Made by a program: the position numbers and the translations under genes. From a virus (taxonomy: Duplodnaviria > Caudoviricetes), in IMG/VR virus record IMGVR_UViG_3300037657_000071, positions 1 to 33,378 of that record: a stretch of 33,378 nucleotides of DNA. One strand, given 5' to 3'. The notes beneath the pieces were generated by a model. It saw only the letters and a program-made list of their open reading frames with translations. It ran no database searches and had not been told where the DNA came from. Each line of letters opens with the position of its first letter. Position 1 is the first letter of the stretch. Below are positions 16,441 through 24,580 of this stretch, piece after piece.

Positions 16441-17371
16441 GAAGACAGCGATTGAATGGGCTGACGCGACTTGGAATCCGTGGATCGGCTGCACGAAGGT
16501 GAGCCCGGCTTGCGACCACTGCTACGCGGAGCGCGATTTCGACCACCGCCTGCATGTCGTGCAGTGGGGAGCAGGGCAGGAGCGGAAGCGCACCGGTGCC
16601 GAGAACTGGGAGAAGCCGCTGAAGTGGAACAAGCGGGCGTTCTACGAGTGCGAGATATGCGGCTGGCGCGGAGATACCCCCGAGATGGGTTTCCCCGGCA
16701 GCATTCTGGAAAACCTCGCATCGTGCCCGTCCTGCGACGCGATTCATCTTCGGGATGCCCGCCGCCGCGTGTTCTGCGCGTCGCTGGCCGACGTGTTCGA
16801 CAACGAGGTGCCGGCGGAATGGCGCGAGGATCTGTTCCGACTGATCGAACAGACGCCGAATCTTGACTGGCTTTTGCTTACGAAGCGCATCGGAAACGTC
16901 TGGAACATGTTGCCCGTGCCGTTCGATTTCGACAGGCATTATCCGAACGTCTGGCTGGGCTCGACGATCTGCAACCAGACCGAAGCCGACCGGGACATTC
17001 CGAAGCTGCTCGACACGCCGGCCGCGGTGCGGTTCGTGTCGATCGAGCCGATGCTGGGGCCTGTGAGTCTTGCGCCGTGCTGGCTGAATAAGCGTTGCGG
17101 CTACGGCGATGATCATGACCGCGCGATGTCGCATTGCTTCGGCTGTGGTGCCTTGGGCGGCTACAGCGCCCGTTGTGCATGGCCGAGCCAGAGCATCGAC
17201 TGGGTCATCTGCGGCGGCGAGTCAGGCCCCAAGGCGCGGCCGATGCATCCGCAATGGGCTCGCGACCTGCGCGACCAGTGCGCGGCGGCAGGCGTGCCGT
17301 TCTTCATGAAGCAGATGACCAAGCGGGCCGATATCCCGGCCGACCTGATGACCAGGGAGTTTCCTCAATGA
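16433..17371 (+). CDS. Phage Gp37/Gp68 (DUF5131) family protein
   Basis: 312 aa with IEWADATWNPWIGCTKVSPACDHCYAE, VFCASLADVF, LLTKR, WVICGGESG and FFMKQ. Confidence 0.92.
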   Translation: MAEKTAIEWADATWNPWIGCTKVSPACDHCYAERDFDHRLHVVQWGAGQERKRTGAENWEKPLKWNKRAFYECEICGWRGDTPEMGFPGSILENLASCPSCDAIHLRDARRRVFCASLADVFDNEVPAEWREDLFRLIEQTPNLDWLLLTKRIGNVWNMLPVPFDFDRHYPNVWLGSTICNQTEADRDIPKLLDTPAAVRFVSIEPMLGPVSLAPCWLNKRCGYGDDHDRAMSHCFGCGALGGYSARCAWPSQSIDWVICGGESGPKARPMHPQWARDLRDQCAAAGVPFFMKQMTKRADIPADLMTREFPQ

Positions 17372-17880
17372 CCAAGAGTACGGGCGTCGGGCGCGGCAAC
17401 AATCCAGCTTCGCACGTCAAGCGTGCCAGCGGCAATGCACACCACCGCTGGAGTGACGAACGCATGCTCAGCGAGCACGGCTACGTCAAGGTGCGTGTTG
17501 GCAAGGACCATCCGCTTGCAGATGCGAACGGCTACTGCTACGAGCACTTGCTGGTATGGGTCTCGGCTGGGCGCGAAAAGCCAGGTCCAGCGCAGTTGCT
17601 GCACCACGAGAACGAAGTCAAGACGGACAACCGGCTGAGCAACCTGAAACTGCTCAATCGCGTTGCGCATGCCGCTGAGCACCAGGGCGAACGCATGCTG
17701 ACCGACGATCAAGTGCGGACCGTGCGTGAGCGCTTCGCTGCCGGCGAGGGCGGCACGGCACTCGCCGCTGAATTCGGTGTTCCGTTCCAGCGCGTCTATC
17801 GGATCGTGAAGGGCGAGACACGGCGAGGGGCTGGCGGACCTATTCAGACCGGTTCGCTGCGTGGAAGGAAGAATCCATGA
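17368..17880 (+). CDS. HNH endonuclease with C-terminal HTH
   Basis: Start ATG 17368 (ATGA overlap). GYCYEHLLVW...LHHENEVKTDNRLSNL, then LTDDQVRTVR...LAAEFGV. 170 aa. Confidence 0.85.
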   Translation: MTKSTGVGRGNNPASHVKRASGNAHHRWSDERMLSEHGYVKVRVGKDHPLADANGYCYEHLLVWVSAGREKPGPAQLLHHENEVKTDNRLSNLKLLNRVAHAAEHQGERMLTDDQVRTVRERFAAGEGGTALAAEFGVPFQRVYRIVKGETRRGAGGPIQTGSLRGRKNP

Positions 17881-17960
17881 CCAGCATCGGCAAGAAAGCC
17901 GCCGGCCGCCGGCTCGACGGCGTCGAGCACAACGGGTTTCCGGAGGGAGGCGCGTCGTGA
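17877..17960 (+). pseudogene. Stranded C-terminal remnant of a DUF5131 gene
   Basis: Translates as MTSIGKKAAGRRLDGVEHNGFPEGGAS, matching the usual DUF5131 ending GKKAAGRxLDGxxxxxFP as recalled. Confidence 0.65.
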
Positions 17961-18325
17961 AGCACAAAGAGGCCTTCAAGATCATGAGCTACCGCTGCGA
18001 GTGCGGCAGTCAAGAAAAGCTATGGAACAGCAGAGACGGTGTGACGCCGTTTTCCATTCCATGCCAGCAGTGTGGCGACGGCATGGGGATGGTTCATGTT
18101 GATTGGCAGCAGGATGTTTTCGCGCCGATCTTTTCTCCTCCCGCCGGTTCGCGCTACTTCGCGGACATGACGATCGAGCGCGCTCGGCAGCACGCCGTGC
18201 GTAATGTTGATTCTTCGATCTCAATGGGACGGGTTGAGCAAAACCGCCGAAACGAGCTAATCCGCGCTCTGACAGAAAACTATTTCCGCGACGGGCGCGC
18301 ACCCGACATTCTGGTGGCGAATTGA
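17957..18325 (+). CDS. Hypothetical protein with Zn-ribbon-like Cys motifs
   Basis: GTG 17957 with RBS GGAGG. YRCECG...WNSRDGVTPF...CQQCG. 122 aa. Confidence 0.7.
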   Translation: MKHKEAFKIMSYRCECGSQEKLWNSRDGVTPFSIPCQQCGDGMGMVHVDWQQDVFAPIFSPPAGSRYFADMTIERARQHAVRNVDSSISMGRVEQNRRNELIRALTENYFRDGRAPDILVAN

Positions 18326-18495
18326 TGACCGAGCGCTCCGCCCTCATCCACGCCGCCCGGGTCTATCTCGCGCAGTCCCGCCACTTCACCGGCCGTCACC
18401 GCATATGGAGCTTCAAGCTCCTGGCGTGGGCCGCTCAATGTCGGCGCCGGGCCGCGGGATTGCGACAGGCGCCCATTCAGCAATCGCTTTTCTGA
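18325..18495 (+). CDS. Small hypothetical protein ending QQSLF
   Basis: Below the track cutoff. TGATG overlap. MTERSALIHAARVYLAQSR...LLAWAAQCRRRA...PIQQSLF, 56 aa. Confidence 0.6.
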   Translation: MTERSALIHAARVYLAQSRHFTGRHRIWSFKLLAWAAQCRRRAAGLRQAPIQQSLF

Positions 18496-18504
18496 GGAAC
18501 TGAG

Positions 18505-18708
18505 ATGGAACACGTTTCAGGCGACGACCGCCTCATCACCTTGAGCGAAGTGGAATCGATTGTGAGTTTCGGGAAGACGTGGATCTACGGAGAGATAAAG
18601 GCACGTCGGTTTCCGCCGCCGATCAAGTTCGGCTCGTCCTCTCGATGGTCGGAGCGAAGGGTAAAAGCTTGGGTCGCGACAAAATCTCAAGCAGTCGGGG
18701 AACAGTGA
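18505..18708 (+). CDS. alpA: AlpA-family HTH protein
   Basis: 67 aa, RLITLSEVESIVSFGKTWIY...FPPPIKFG..SRWSE..VKAW. RBS GAGG. Confidence 0.88.
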   Translation: MEHVSGDDRLITLSEVESIVSFGKTWIYGEIKARRFPPPIKFGSSSRWSERRVKAWVATKSQAVGEQ

Positions 18709-18709
18709 A

Positions 18710-18940
18710 ATGACCAACACGTACTTGGAGCCGAGCGAGATACGTGACCTGACCGGTTGCGCGCACAGGCAGCGGCAGGAGGCATGGCTGAAGGCCAACA
18801 ACTGGCCCTATGCTGTGGCTGCAACAGGCCACATTCGGGTGCTTCGCTCGTATTGGCATGATCGGATGAGCGGAGCAAAATCAACCGCCCCGACCGTGCA
18901 TGCCGGCACGCGCCACAACTTTTCCGCTATCGCCACTTGA
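18710..18940 (+). CDS. Excisionase-like protein (DUF4224)
   Basis: 76 aa, YLEPSEIRDLTG...QEAWLKAN. Abuts the integrase start. Confidence 0.8.
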   Translation: MTNTYLEPSEIRDLTGCAHRQRQEAWLKANNWPYAVAATGHIRVLRSYWHDRMSGAKSTAPTVHAGTRHNFSAIAT

Positions 18941-19939
18941 ATGGGACGCCGCCGCACCGTCAATCGTGGCCTGCCCGAACGCCTCTACCTGAAGCGCGAC
19001 GGCTACTACTACAGGGACCTGAACCGTCGCGAGACGAAGGTCGCGCCGGCCGACGATCTGCCGAAAGCGCTGATCGAGTGGGCGCAGCGCGAAGGCGTGC
19101 GCCTGAACCCTGACGCCGTCACGTTCGGCGCCGTTGCCGGCAAATTCCGCGAGCAGTACATCCCGAGCAAGGCCGCGAAGACGCAGCGCGACTACCTGCG
19201 CCAGCTCGATAACCTGATATCGGTGTTTGGGCAGTCGGCGCTGGATAGCGTCACGCCCTCGGATGTCGCCGAGTATCGGCGGGTGCGGTCAGAGAAAGCC
19301 CCTATCCAGGCGAACAGGGAGATCGCACTACTCTCTGTGCTCTGGAACTGGTCGCGAGAGCACGGCTACACATCGCAGACGAATCCGTGCCAAGGCGTGC
19401 GGAAGAACCGGGAAACCGGCCGCAGCGTCTACATGACGGACGCCGTCTACAGTGCCATCCTGCTGGCCGGCGACCAGTCGGTGAAGGATGCGATGCGGAT
19501 TGGCAAGATGACGGCGGCGGACATCGGGGTCATCCTCGCCGCGACCACCCGGCAGATCGACGGCGACATCCTGCGCATGCAGCGCACGAAGACCGGCACA
19601 GCGGTTCGCTTCCGATTGCGCGATGAAGCTGGCGCGCTCAACGAGCTGGGGGCACTGCTTGAGGAAATCAGGACGCGGAAGCGCACGGCCACGTCCATCT
19701 ATCTCGTGCAGGACGACGATGGCCAGGCGCTGACGTACGACACCTTCGTGCGGCGCTTCTCGGCTGCCCGCACGCTGTCTGGCGTCGGCAAGGCCTACCA
19801 GTTCAGGGACATCCGGCCGAAGGTGGCGACCGACATGGACGACATCAACCGGGCGCAGGCCATGCTCGGACACAAGCAAATCGCAACCACTCAGCGCCAC
19901 TACATCCGGCGCGGCAAGCTGGTCGATCCCGCGAAATAG
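18941..19939 (+). CDS. int: Tyrosine integrase
   Basis: 332 aa with ANREIALLSVLW, NPC, KT, FRDIR and LGH...TQRHY. Adjacent to attP. Confidence 0.92.
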   Translation: MGRRRTVNRGLPERLYLKRDGYYYRDLNRRETKVAPADDLPKALIEWAQREGVRLNPDAVTFGAVAGKFREQYIPSKAAKTQRDYLRQLDNLISVFGQSALDSVTPSDVAEYRRVRSEKAPIQANREIALLSVLWNWSREHGYTSQTNPCQGVRKNRETGRSVYMTDAVYSAILLAGDQSVKDAMRIGKMTAADIGVILAATTRQIDGDILRMQRTKTGTAVRFRLRDEAGALNELGALLEEIRTRKRTATSIYLVQDDDGQALTYDTFVRRFSAARTLSGVGKAYQFRDIRPKVATDMDDINRAQAMLGHKQIATTQRHYIRRGKLVDPAK

Positions 19940-20176
19940 TGCGCTGATAGTGCGCGTAGTGCGCACCTCAGCTTTCCGCCGAAGCCCTGAAACCCGCGTC
20001 AGGACTGGATATTCTGGTGGGCCCCCCGAGAGTCGAACTCGGCACCAACGGATTATGAGTCCGGGCCGCTTTGCGCAGCCGATCAATCGGTTACGTCAGA
20101 TAGGCACGCACTATCAGTCCAGATCCGGGAACGACAGCATGCGGGTTTGCGAGCAGCAAGGATCGGAATAGTGCGC
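19937..20176. repeat. attP arm-type repeats and IHF-like site
   Basis: TAGTGCGC at 19937, 19948, 19957 and 20169. Inverted CGCACTATCA at 20107-20116. ATCAA-N4-TTA at 20082-20093. Confidence 0.75.
20015..20063 (-). mobile_element. attP core = 3' half of tRNA-Ile2 (anticodon CAT)
   Basis: Minus strand reads CGGA-CTCATAA-TCCG TTGGTG CCGAG-TTCGACT-CTCGG GGGGCCC-A-CCA: anticodon arm, T arm, acceptor 3' strand and CCA, with no 5' half. Confidence 0.88.
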
Positions 20177-20193
20177 CACGAAAACGGGCCGCT

Positions 20194-20316
20194 TCACCGG
20201 TCGGTGATGATCCTGATGAGCGTGCGCACGAGCACGAACAAGTCGATGCACATGCGTCGCCAGACGTTGCGGTCGGCTCGCAGCCGATCGCATTCAGGGC
20301 AGCGTTCCTGATCCAC
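20194..20316 (-). CDS. Possible 40-aa protein after Rz
   Basis: GTG-start VDQERCPECDRLRADRNVWRRMCIDLFVLVRTLIRIITDR. No clear RBS. Confidence 0.3.
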   Translation of the reverse strand: MDQERCPECDRLRADRNVWRRMCIDLFVLVRTLIRIITDR

Positions 20317-20812
20317 CGAGAGCGTCGTACGCTCGTTCGCAGGCCCGTCCCGCTATTCCTCTGTGGTCAGCTTCTTCAGCCAGTTCTCGACCCGCGCTCT
20401 CCATTTCGCTGAGCACGTCGGCGAGCAGATCGGGGCCGCTTCGGGCTGCCTCGCCTGTGACGGCAGATCCGGGATCTTCGCTGCTTCGACGACAACCGGC
20501 GGCAATTGCGGCGACACGGCTGCGCAGCCGCCCAGCAACATCAGATGCAGCAGCAGCGTCAGCACGAACGGCTTCGAGTTGGGTTTGCGTGGCATTGGTG
20601 ATCTCCCATAGGGCGGTAAAGCGGCGAGCCTCTTCGGCACGCGCCTCGGTCTCGGCTTCGCGGCCGGCGCGTTCGAGGGTGGCCAGCTGCTGCGCGTGGT
20701 CGCGCTGCGTGCGGGCGTGTGCCGATTGTTCGGTGGCCAGCCGGTAGGTCTGCAGGGCAGCGGCAGTGAGAGCTGCGAGCAGCAGCCATGGAAGGGCGCG
20801 GGCGAGCATCAC
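20294..20812 (-). CDS. Rz: i-spanin (Rz, DUF2514-like)
   Basis: N-terminal TM helix, coiled coil and C-terminal AGRACERAYDAL. Confidence 0.85.
   Translation of the reverse strand: MMLARALPWLLLAALTAAALQTYRLATEQSAHARTQRDHAQQLATLERAGREAETEARAEEARRFTALWEITNATQTQLEAVRADAAAASDVAGRLRSRVAAIAAGCRRSSEDPGSAVTGEAARSGPDLLADVLSEMESAGRELAEEADHRGIAGRACERAYDALGGSGTLP
20353..20595 (-). CDS. Rz1: o-spanin lipoprotein embedded in Rz
   Basis: MPRKPNSKPFVLTLLLHLMLLGG-C lipobox and Pro-rich mature part, in an alternative frame within Rz. Confidence 0.8.
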   Translation of the reverse strand: MPRKPNSKPFVLTLLLHLMLLGGCAAVSPQLPPVVVEAAKIPDLPSQARQPEAAPICSPTCSAKWRARVENWLKKLTTEE

Positions 20813-21147
20813 ATCAGCGCTCCTTCAGGCCACGGCGGAATCGGCACGGTCTGCCCGGCGAGCCCGTGGGTGCAGTCGGCTAAAAACTGCATTTGCCCGT
20901 CACGCACGAAGCTGTGGCATATCGCGGGCGGCGCACCGTCGGTACCGGCGTCGGCTCCGTTGTAGGTCACCAGCACCGAAGGGGAAAACGTCGGTTTATG
21001 CGCGTCATCGTTCCAATCCCAGCCGGGGCCGAAGTTTTCATCGGGAGCCGAGAGGGCGCGGATTCGCACACCGTGATTGCGCTCACAGCCAGGGCACTTC
21101 CAAATCAACAGGTCACCGGCTTTGCGAAGGGTCGGGCTGATCTTCAT
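20809..21147 (-). CDS. DUF6527-like Cys/His protein
   Basis: 112 aa from ATG 21147 (ATGA overlap). CPGC...H...PTFSPSVLV...CHSFVRDG...DCTH. Confidence 0.75.
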   Translation of the reverse strand: MKISPTLRKAGDLLIWKCPGCERNHGVRIRALSAPDENFGPGWDWNDDAHKPTFSPSVLVTYNGADAGTDGAPPAICHSFVRDGQMQFLADCTHGLAGQTVPIPPWPEGALM

Positions 21148-21659
21148 GACGCCACCTGCTCGGCCAGACACTTCGCATGGCGTTCCTGCTGCCGCGCCCA
21201 GACGCCCGCGCATCGCTTATTTCCCGGTGTCGAGCAGTCGAAGCGAGCGGCGAAGCGGTACTTGAGCAGAGCGTCACAGGCCGCGCGGTACTCGCCGGCG
21301 AGCAGCTGGCGGCGCATGCTGCTGCTCGACCAGGTTGCTGTCCCGTACTGATAGACGAAGTCCATGTACAGGTCGTATTCGCCTTGGGTGAGTGCGACGC
21401 CGGGCAGCGAAGTACGAAACGCGCGCTCTTCGCGGCTCAGGTGTGCGTGCATTGTCATCAGCGCGCGCACCGGGTCGGTTCGGTCGCCCATCTTCACCGG
21501 CGTGCCGTCGGCCTTGAAGGTGCTGCCGAAACCTACGGTGGGCCGGTCGTCCTTCGTCGGAATCATGGCTTCGCCGACGTAGCCTTCGCCGACTGCCAGC
21601 GCGACGATCAGGGCGGCCGATACCGAGAGTCCGGATACTGCGATGCGGACCTTATTCAT
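21144..21659 (-). CDS. Endolysin, GH24 lysozyme, probably SAR type
   Basis: Ala/Gly-rich N-terminal hydrophobic helix, then EGY...D..TVGFGST. ATG 21659 has RBS GGAGG. Confidence 0.88.
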   Translation of the reverse strand: MNKVRIAVSGLSVSAALIVALAVGEGYVGEAMIPTKDDRPTVGFGSTFKADGTPVKMGDRTDPVRALMTMHAHLSREERAFRTSLPGVALTQGEYDLYMDFVYQYGTATWSSSSMRRQLLAGEYRAACDALLKYRFAARFDCSTPGNKRCAGVWARQQERHAKCLAEQVAS

Positions 21660-21891
21660 CTGCGTCACCTCCTGTGTCAGTTTTCCGGCGTCGATTTCTC
21701 TTCACCCAGCCAAGGTCTTCGGCCCAGTGGCGGCCGATCCGGCGCCACCACAGATCGATGATCAAGAGCACGCTGTAGAGCGCGGCGAGCGCTGCAGCGA
21801 CATCGGTCCATGACGTGATCGCCACGGCGCCCCATGCGCTGGCCGCTTTGATCGCTCCTGTGGTCACTTCCTGCTGATTCGATGCCGCCAT
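21652..21891 (-). CDS. Holin
   Basis: 79 aa with 1-2 TM segments and a charged C-terminus. Directly upstream of the endolysin. RBS AAAGGA. Confidence 0.7.
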   Translation of the reverse strand: MAASNQQEVTTGAIKAASAWGAVAITSWTDVAAALAALYSVLLIIDLWWRRIGRHWAEDLGWVKRNRRRKTDTGGDADE

Positions 21892-21909
21892 CTGCGTCCT
21901 TTCGGGCGT

Positions 21910-21932
21910 AAAAAAAGCTGCCCGAGGGCAGC
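21910..21932 (-). terminator. Intrinsic terminator between tail and lysis genes
   Basis: Minus strand GCTGCC-CTCG-GGCAGC followed by TTTTTTT. Confidence 0.75.
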
Positions 21933-21955
21933 CTGTTGATGAACTTCGCGGTGAT

Positions 21956-22324
21956 TCAGCCGATCACGCGAATGTCGGTTCCGTCGCAAACGAAATGCTT
22001 GATCGCGCCGGCCGCGATCGTCGGCGCCCCGGACTGGCCCGAGCGTTTCACCGTGACCGTATGCGACCCGTCGTTGATGACGACCCACGTCTTGGGCACG
22101 GCTTGAATGACCAGATCGCAGGCGGCATCCGTGGCCGTGACATGCAGGATGTGCCGCGTGCTTTCGCCGCCCATCAGGGTCTTCGTGGTGAGGCCCGTCA
22201 GGTCGATGGCCAAGCGGCCGGCCACTGCGCGGTCGAGGTTGTCGAGTGCGTCATTGACGGTGACGTGGGCGTTGGACTGGCCCTGCGCCAGCTTCGTGAT
22301 GCCGAGGTTTTCGGTCAGTGCCAT
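21956..22324 (-). CDS. DUF2793-like small tail-tip/fibre adaptor protein
   Basis: 122 aa, LGITKLAQGQSNAHVTVNDALDNLD. Follows the GTA-like tail tip gene. Confidence 0.75.
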   Translation of the reverse strand: MALTENLGITKLAQGQSNAHVTVNDALDNLDRAVAGRLAIDLTGLTTKTLMGGESTRHILHVTATDAACDLVIQAVPKTWVVINDGSHTVTVKRSGQSGAPTIAAGAIKHFVCDGTDIRVIG

Positions 22325-22333
22325 CGTGGTGCC

Positions 22334-24580
22334 TCATAGGGTTGCGGGCGTCGGCCGACTGCGGCCGATCAGGTTGTTGCGCTGATACACGCGCACGTCG
22401 ACACCGGGCTGAGCGCTGCCGAAGTCGGTGATCTGCTGCGCCTCGGTGTAGGTGACGGTCGGCGTGCTGGTCGTCAGGGTGCGGACGACATCAGAGCCGT
22501 CGAGGATCTCGACCTCGTACGCCTCGGTGGCGTCGTCGAACGGGATGTCACCGGTGTCCGGCAATTCGGTCCCGACGCGGCTGCGTCTGATCCACGTGAT
22601 GGAAAGGTCCGCACCGCTTCGCGCGCCGCGCACATCGACAGGCGGCCACGGCCGCGCGGATTCGCCAGAGATCGCGAATGACTCTTCCGCACCGCTTCCC
22701 GCGGCCGCGCCGAAGGGTGTCATTCGGTACAGTCGCTCGGGTCCGACGTCGGATACCTGCGCAGGGACAAACACGGTGCCGGCGAGCATCGTGAAACCCT
22801 CGTCTGCACCGTGGTCAGTCATCGCCCACTCAGTCGCGCGGCGCCCGCGGAGTAGTCGGCTCAGGCGGTACGTGCTGGGCCCGATCAGTGTGGCGGTGCC
22901 GAACTGAATCATTTCGCTGCCGACGTAGGCCCGGTTCGCGCCGGCCAGTAGCAGTTCGTCGGTCACGCTCTCCAACTCACCCCGGATCACCGTCACATCG
23001 ACCGTCGAAACCGTGTCGATGTTGCCCGCTCCGATGTGCTCGGGTGGATCCGGCAGCGTGCTGCCGCAGAAGCCCATCACCGTGTAGCTGGGCAGCGCAG
23101 CCACGCCCGCCCAGGTGGCGCCGCTGTCGTAACTCACCTCGAGCACGCCGGAGCGCCATGACGCGCCGCTTCCTGTCGCCGCCAGCCGGTAGCCAATCTG
23201 CTGTGACTCGGCATCGGTGAGCGGCGGCGCGTTGTACAGGCGCAGCGTGGTCTCCCCATAGACCGGGAGCGTCTGGCCGGGAAACTCGCCACTGCCGCCC
23301 GACCCAGCGCCCGCCAGCACACTGGCGTCGTATGCCTCGCCCTCGCATCGCAGGGCGCCGTTGGCGCCGATCGTGATCTTGCGAAAGCGCACGACGTGCC
23401 GCCGGCCGTCGACCACGATGCCGCGCACGTCACCGGGCTCGATCTCCAGATACCGGTTCGGCAGCCCGAACTCGCCGTAGCGGTTACGCGCAGTCCAGAT
23501 GCGGTAGAGCAGGGCGTCGGCTACGTCAGCAGCGGCGGCGGCAGTGATCGCAAGGGGCGTGGAGACAACAACCGATTCGACAGAGCGTGTCACCTGACGC
23601 CGTGCCGTCTGCGCGTTCGCCTGGAAATCGCGGTCGGGGTCGGTATGGCTGACCGTGACGACGCGCGGCAGGCCGTCCTCGCGCATGCGCCGGCGCGGGA
23701 ATCGGTTCTCGCCTTCGGCAAGCAGGTCGGTCTCCGGAATGTCGTCGCCGACCGTCTGCTCGATCGGTCGGAAGGCGATAGCGGAGCCGTTGTAGACCGA
23801 CTGCAGGCCGAGGCCGGTCAGCACCTGCTCGAGGAGCTTGCCGGCCGCGCCGGGTGTGATTCGTGCACCGGTCGCCTCTTGCGAAACCTCGGTCACGTCG
23901 ACCTGCGACTCAGTCAATCCAGCGAGTTTGCACAGGTCGAGAATCAACGTTGCGACATAGGCTGCGGCGTCTGCCTCGCCTGCGACCACCTCAACCTCGA
24001 TCGCCGGTACTCGGTTGCCGAACTGATTGACGGGTAGGTCGTTGAAGACGATCAGGCACCGGCCGCGGTACGCCGGTGTGTTGTCGGCGCCGAGATGCCC
24101 TTGCATGATCGATGACGGCATCTGAGACGGCCCGCCAGGCATGAACTCGAATGTGCCTCCGCCGCTGAGCGTGCCGGTCAGATGTAGGCTGGTGCTCGGC
24201 GCTTCCCACAGCAGTTTTTTGTCGGCCCATATCCGCAGCGGGCGGTTTGCCGCGTTGCCGGCGCACAGCAGCGCGGCGAAGTCGGCGTAGTAGGCATACG
24301 TGGTCGTCGTGACCTCGGCGCCACCGCCGCCTTTGCCGCCTGCACTTTCAGTCGAGCGCGTGACCACCTCGCGCAGCGGTGTTGCCCAGATGACGTTCCC
24401 CGGCAGTCGGCCACGACCATGCAGGATCGGGATGCCGGCACCGTACTGCGAGCCGACAACAGCGAGGTCGTTGAGGCGGTCGCCTTCCTGGGAGTACTTC
24501 TGCTCGGTCGCGAACAGCGCACTGACGGCGTAGTTGAAGGCGAACGACGCAATCGCACTGCCGATCGAGAACTCAGCCAT
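22334..24580 (-). CDS. GTA gp15-like tail tip / host-specificity protein
   Basis: 748 aa with YGAGIP...GNVIWA, GGKGGG, PAYRG, LPRVVTVSHTDPDRDFQ, RLLRGRRATE and WIRRSR. Confidence 0.88.
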   Translation of the reverse strand: MAEFSIGSAIASFAFNYAVSALFATEQKYSQEGDRLNDLAVVGSQYGAGIPILHGRGRLPGNVIWATPLREVVTRSTESAGGKGGGGAEVTTTTYAYYADFAALLCAGNAANRPLRIWADKKLLWEAPSTSLHLTGTLSGGGTFEFMPGGPSQMPSSIMQGHLGADNTPAYRGRCLIVFNDLPVNQFGNRVPAIEVEVVAGEADAAAYVATLILDLCKLAGLTESQVDVTEVSQEATGARITPGAAGKLLEQVLTGLGLQSVYNGSAIAFRPIEQTVGDDIPETDLLAEGENRFPRRRMREDGLPRVVTVSHTDPDRDFQANAQTARRQVTRSVESVVVSTPLAITAAAAADVADALLYRIWTARNRYGEFGLPNRYLEIEPGDVRGIVVDGRRHVVRFRKITIGANGALRCEGEAYDASVLAGAGSGGSGEFPGQTLPVYGETTLRLYNAPPLTDAESQQIGYRLAATGSGASWRSGVLEVSYDSGATWAGVAALPSYTVMGFCGSTLPDPPEHIGAGNIDTVSTVDVTVIRGELESVTDELLLAGANRAYVGSEMIQFGTATLIGPSTYRLSRLLRGRRATEWAMTDHGADEGFTMLAGTVFVPAQVSDVGPERLYRMTPFGAAAGSGAEESFAISGESARPWPPVDVRGARSGADLSITWIRRSRVGTELPDTGDIPFDDATEAYEVEILDGSDVVRTLTTSTPTVTYTEAQQITDFGSAQPGVDVRVYQRNNLIGRSRPTPATL

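Noticed and set aside
17368-17880. Group I intron around the HNH gene
   Set aside because: There is no non-coding space for an intron core; the ORFs overlap directly on both sides.
20015-20090. Complete tRNA gene
   Set aside because: The D arm and 5' acceptor strand are absent. Only the 3' half is present, consistent with an att core.
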